Made by a program: the position numbers and the translations under genes. The notes beneath the pieces were generated by a model, which did not search any database, was not told where the DNA came from, and worked only from the letters and a program-made list of their open reading frames with translations. From positions 239,417-303,416 of the forward strand of contig OY970290.1 of assembly GCA_963716205.1 (NCBI GenBank): DNA of 64,000 nucleotides, read 5' to 3'. Of this stretch, positions 58,523 to 64,000 are shown one piece after another (the first letter of the stretch is position 1; every line of letters begins with the position of its first letter). This stretch comes from an uncultured bacterium. Lineage in GTDB: Bacteria; Patescibacteriota; Minisyncoccia; Phycocordibacterales; GWA1-40-21.

Positions 58523-58551
58523 AGAGCGGCGCCTTCAGCGCCGCTCTTTTG
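58523..58551 (+). terminator. rho-independent terminator
   Basis: Stem agagcggcgc/gcgccgctct followed by tttt. Confidence 0.8.
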
Positions 58552-58624
58552 AATTTCTTTTCATTTATCCACAGTTTTTTCTTGTTACCTTGCTTCCCGG
58601 ATCTAAAAATGATCTAATTGGATC

Positions 58625-59071
58625 ATGTTAAAGATCAAGAAAATAAGCAACAAAGAATCTGGAAATTCAGGAGAAAAAGAAATTGTTAAGATTGTTCCAT
58701 GTCCAAATTGTGGAAAAAAATTAATGTTGCTCCCAGCTAATTATCCGTTATTTGATGTTCAATGTACAGGATGTTCTTTTCGCGCACAAGTAAAAACAAA
58801 CAAAAATAAACCAAAATCAGTTGTTTTTGGTGCCGGGTGGCAGATTATGAATAAAGTTTTAAAGTCTGGATATATGACACCGCCACTTTTTCTTAATTTT
58901 AAATGGGAAGAAAAAGAAAAATTTAAACAAGAAATACGATTCTATCCATTTGTGCCAAAAAAGAATTTATCTAATTATACACTTTCAAAAACTGCTCATC
59001 GGGCAAATTATGAAATGTTCACTTATGTTGAAATGGACAAGTTACCATATTTTTTAGTATTCAAAAAATAA
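58625..59071 (+). CDS. hypothetical protein with a CxxC...CxxC zinc-ribbon-like N-terminus
   Basis: 148 aa with CPNCGKK..CTGCSF. Confidence 0.45.
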   Translation: MLKIKKISNKESGNSGEKEIVKIVPCPNCGKKLMLLPANYPLFDVQCTGCSFRAQVKTNKNKPKSVVFGAGWQIMNKVLKSGYMTPPLFLNFKWEEKEKFKQEIRFYPFVPKKNLSNYTLSKTAHRANYEMFTYVEMDKLPYFLVFKK

Positions 59072-59072
59072 T

Positions 59073-59819
59073 ATGTCCGAATACTACAAAGGCACACGGG
59101 GAGCAGCGTGGAATTATGGCGGGAGGAATTGGAAACTGAGCCGGTCCAAAATAGATTTGTTTTTGGAATGCCCGCGATGCTTTTATCTCGACAACAAGCT
59201 CGGCGTGAAGCGCGTGCCGGGATTTCCATTTTCTATCAATAGCGCAGTGGATCATCTTTTGAAACAAGAATTTGATGCGCACCGGATAAAAGGCGAGCAG
59301 CATCCGATACAAAAAGAATACGGAGTGGACGCCAAGCCTGCGCCGCACGATGAGCTCGATGAATGGAGAAGAAATTTCGGCGGGGTGCGATACTTGCACG
59401 AGTCGACGGGAATGCTGATCACCGGAGCCATCGATGACCTTTGGATAAATAGTAAAGGCGAATATATTGTTGTTGATTATAAAGCCACAGCAAAAGAAGA
59501 AGCAGTCACCGAGCTTGATAAAGAATGGCAAGATGGATACAAAAGGCAGATGGAAGTGTATCAATGGCTTTTGCGGAAAAATGGATTAAAGGTAATTGAT
59601 ACTGGATATTTTGTTTATTGCACCGGCAGGATGGACAGGAAAGCGTTTGATAAGAGGATAGATTTTGATGTAAACTTGATTTCGTATAAAGGGTCTGATA
59701 CATGGGTGGAAAAAACTTTGCTTGATATCAAAAAATGTCTAGATGGCAAAATGCCAGCTACAGGCGCGGATTGCGATTGGTGCGCGTATTGGGATGCGAG
59801 GGAAAAGTTTGAAAAATAA
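59073..59819 (+). CDS. PD-(D/E)xK nuclease of the RecB/Cas4-like type with Cys pairs
   Basis: GAIDD..VVDYK (D..D.K) and QMEVYQWLL (QxxxY). N-terminal CPRC and C-terminal CDWC. Confidence 0.55.
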   Translation: MSEYYKGTRGAAWNYGGRNWKLSRSKIDLFLECPRCFYLDNKLGVKRVPGFPFSINSAVDHLLKQEFDAHRIKGEQHPIQKEYGVDAKPAPHDELDEWRRNFGGVRYLHESTGMLITGAIDDLWINSKGEYIVVDYKATAKEEAVTELDKEWQDGYKRQMEVYQWLLRKNGLKVIDTGYFVYCTGRMDRKAFDKRIDFDVNLISYKGSDTWVEKTLLDIKKCLDGKMPATGADCDWCAYWDAREKFEK

Positions 59820-59832
59820 TTTTAATAAAAAT

Positions 59833-60243
59833 ATGAATACAAAAATAAGAAATCAAGAATGGTACAGCCAGCTGAAGAAGCCGAAGTTTGCTCCGCCCGC
59901 ATCAGTTTTCGGTCCGGTATGGACGTTTCTTTATGCGATTATCGTTGTTTCATTTGTCTATGTTGCTTATCTTTATCTCGAGAATCAAATACCGTTTATT
60001 GTTTTTCTGCCGTTTTTCCTCAATTTGATTTTCAATGTTATTTTTGTGCCGATTCAGTTTGGTTTGAAAAATAATCTGCTTGCTGCAATTGATATTTTAT
60101 GTGTTCTTACAACGATCATTTGGTTTTTTGTTGCGATTTTCCCTTACGCTTCATGGGTTTTATATGTCAACATTCCGTATTTGTTATGGGTTGTTTTTGC
60201 CACGGTATTGCAGATAACGGTGACGTGGCTCAATAGGAAATAG
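59833..60243 (+). CDS. TspO/MBR-family tryptophan-rich membrane protein
   Basis: WYSQLKKPKFAPPASVFGPVWTFLY motif with five TM helices. Confidence 0.7.
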   Translation: MNTKIRNQEWYSQLKKPKFAPPASVFGPVWTFLYAIIVVSFVYVAYLYLENQIPFIVFLPFFLNLIFNVIFVPIQFGLKNNLLAAIDILCVLTTIIWFFVAIFPYASWVLYVNIPYLLWVVFATVLQITVTWLNRK

Positions 60244-60549
60244 ACTGTGGATAACTTTTTATTTGACTTTGAATATCGTTTCCTATATACTCTAAAAGCT
60301 TTATATGGAATGAGTTGCGGGTGCAAGCGCCAAAAATACTAGGCAGATAAGTTGCAAAGATCTTGCTTAAAAAAATAAGATAAAATTTTAGAGAGGAAAT
60401 CGGATACCTTGAAGGGAGAGGTGTCTATTTTGTTTTGTATAATTTACACTTACAAAAATTTTCTTTCCAGATTCCGTCGCTCTTATTTTTTTGCGCAAGA
60501 TATACTTTTATCAGCTGATTTTACCAACGTTTATTATTTTTTTATAAAC

Positions 60550-64000
<3,451 letters not shown>

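Overview
This is a low-GC, small-genome bacterial locus, consistent with a Patescibacteria/CPR-like organism. The evidence is sortase/LPXTG surface proteins, a short AlaRS lacking the C-Ala domain, and a DnaJ without a zinc finger.

The left half (about 1.2-25.6 kb) is an accessory region assembled at tRNA-Ala genes. Three tRNA-Ala isoacceptors (TGC, GGC, CGC) sit in 25 kb. Two of them have a large serine recombinase gene whose 3' end reads into the tRNA: one is 5'-truncated, the other intact.

A family of composite repeats follows successive accessory ORFs like cassette boundaries. Each repeat carries a tRNA-Ala 3'-end-like core (..gaggtccac), usually a terminator-like hairpin (gaggcagaaatgcctcttttgtctt), and an inverted tRNA T-arm-like fragment.

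The island also carries:
- a third serine recombinase (843 aa) fused to an HTH plus a DUF43/BpsA-like SAM-transferase domain (GDGD and NPPY motifs);
- a VirD4/TraG C-terminal remnant and an HExxH peptidase-like gene;
- a tight five-gene operon of two N4/N6 DNA methyltransferases (SPPY and DPPY), two unknown proteins (one with a PD..ExK-like signature), and a 792-aa Rad50/RloC-like ABC ATPase with a CxxC hook, i.e. a candidate restriction-modification/anticodon-nuclease defence module;
- three cassette-like ORFs.

The right half is core genome:
- a MacA/MacB-type ABC exporter;
- a roughly 1,900-aa surface adhesin with seven perfect 282-bp tandem repeats (cadherin-like domains) and an upstream frameshift;
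- ychF, ZIP transporter, mnmA, an ATP-cone/Mrr-like nuclease, UDG4, a SOD-like gene, and alaS;
- the infA-rpmJ-rpsM-rpsK-rpsD-rpoA-rplQ-rplM-rpsI cluster;
- grpE-dnaK-dnaJ, a Cas4-like nuclease, TspO, rpoB, and the start of rpoC.
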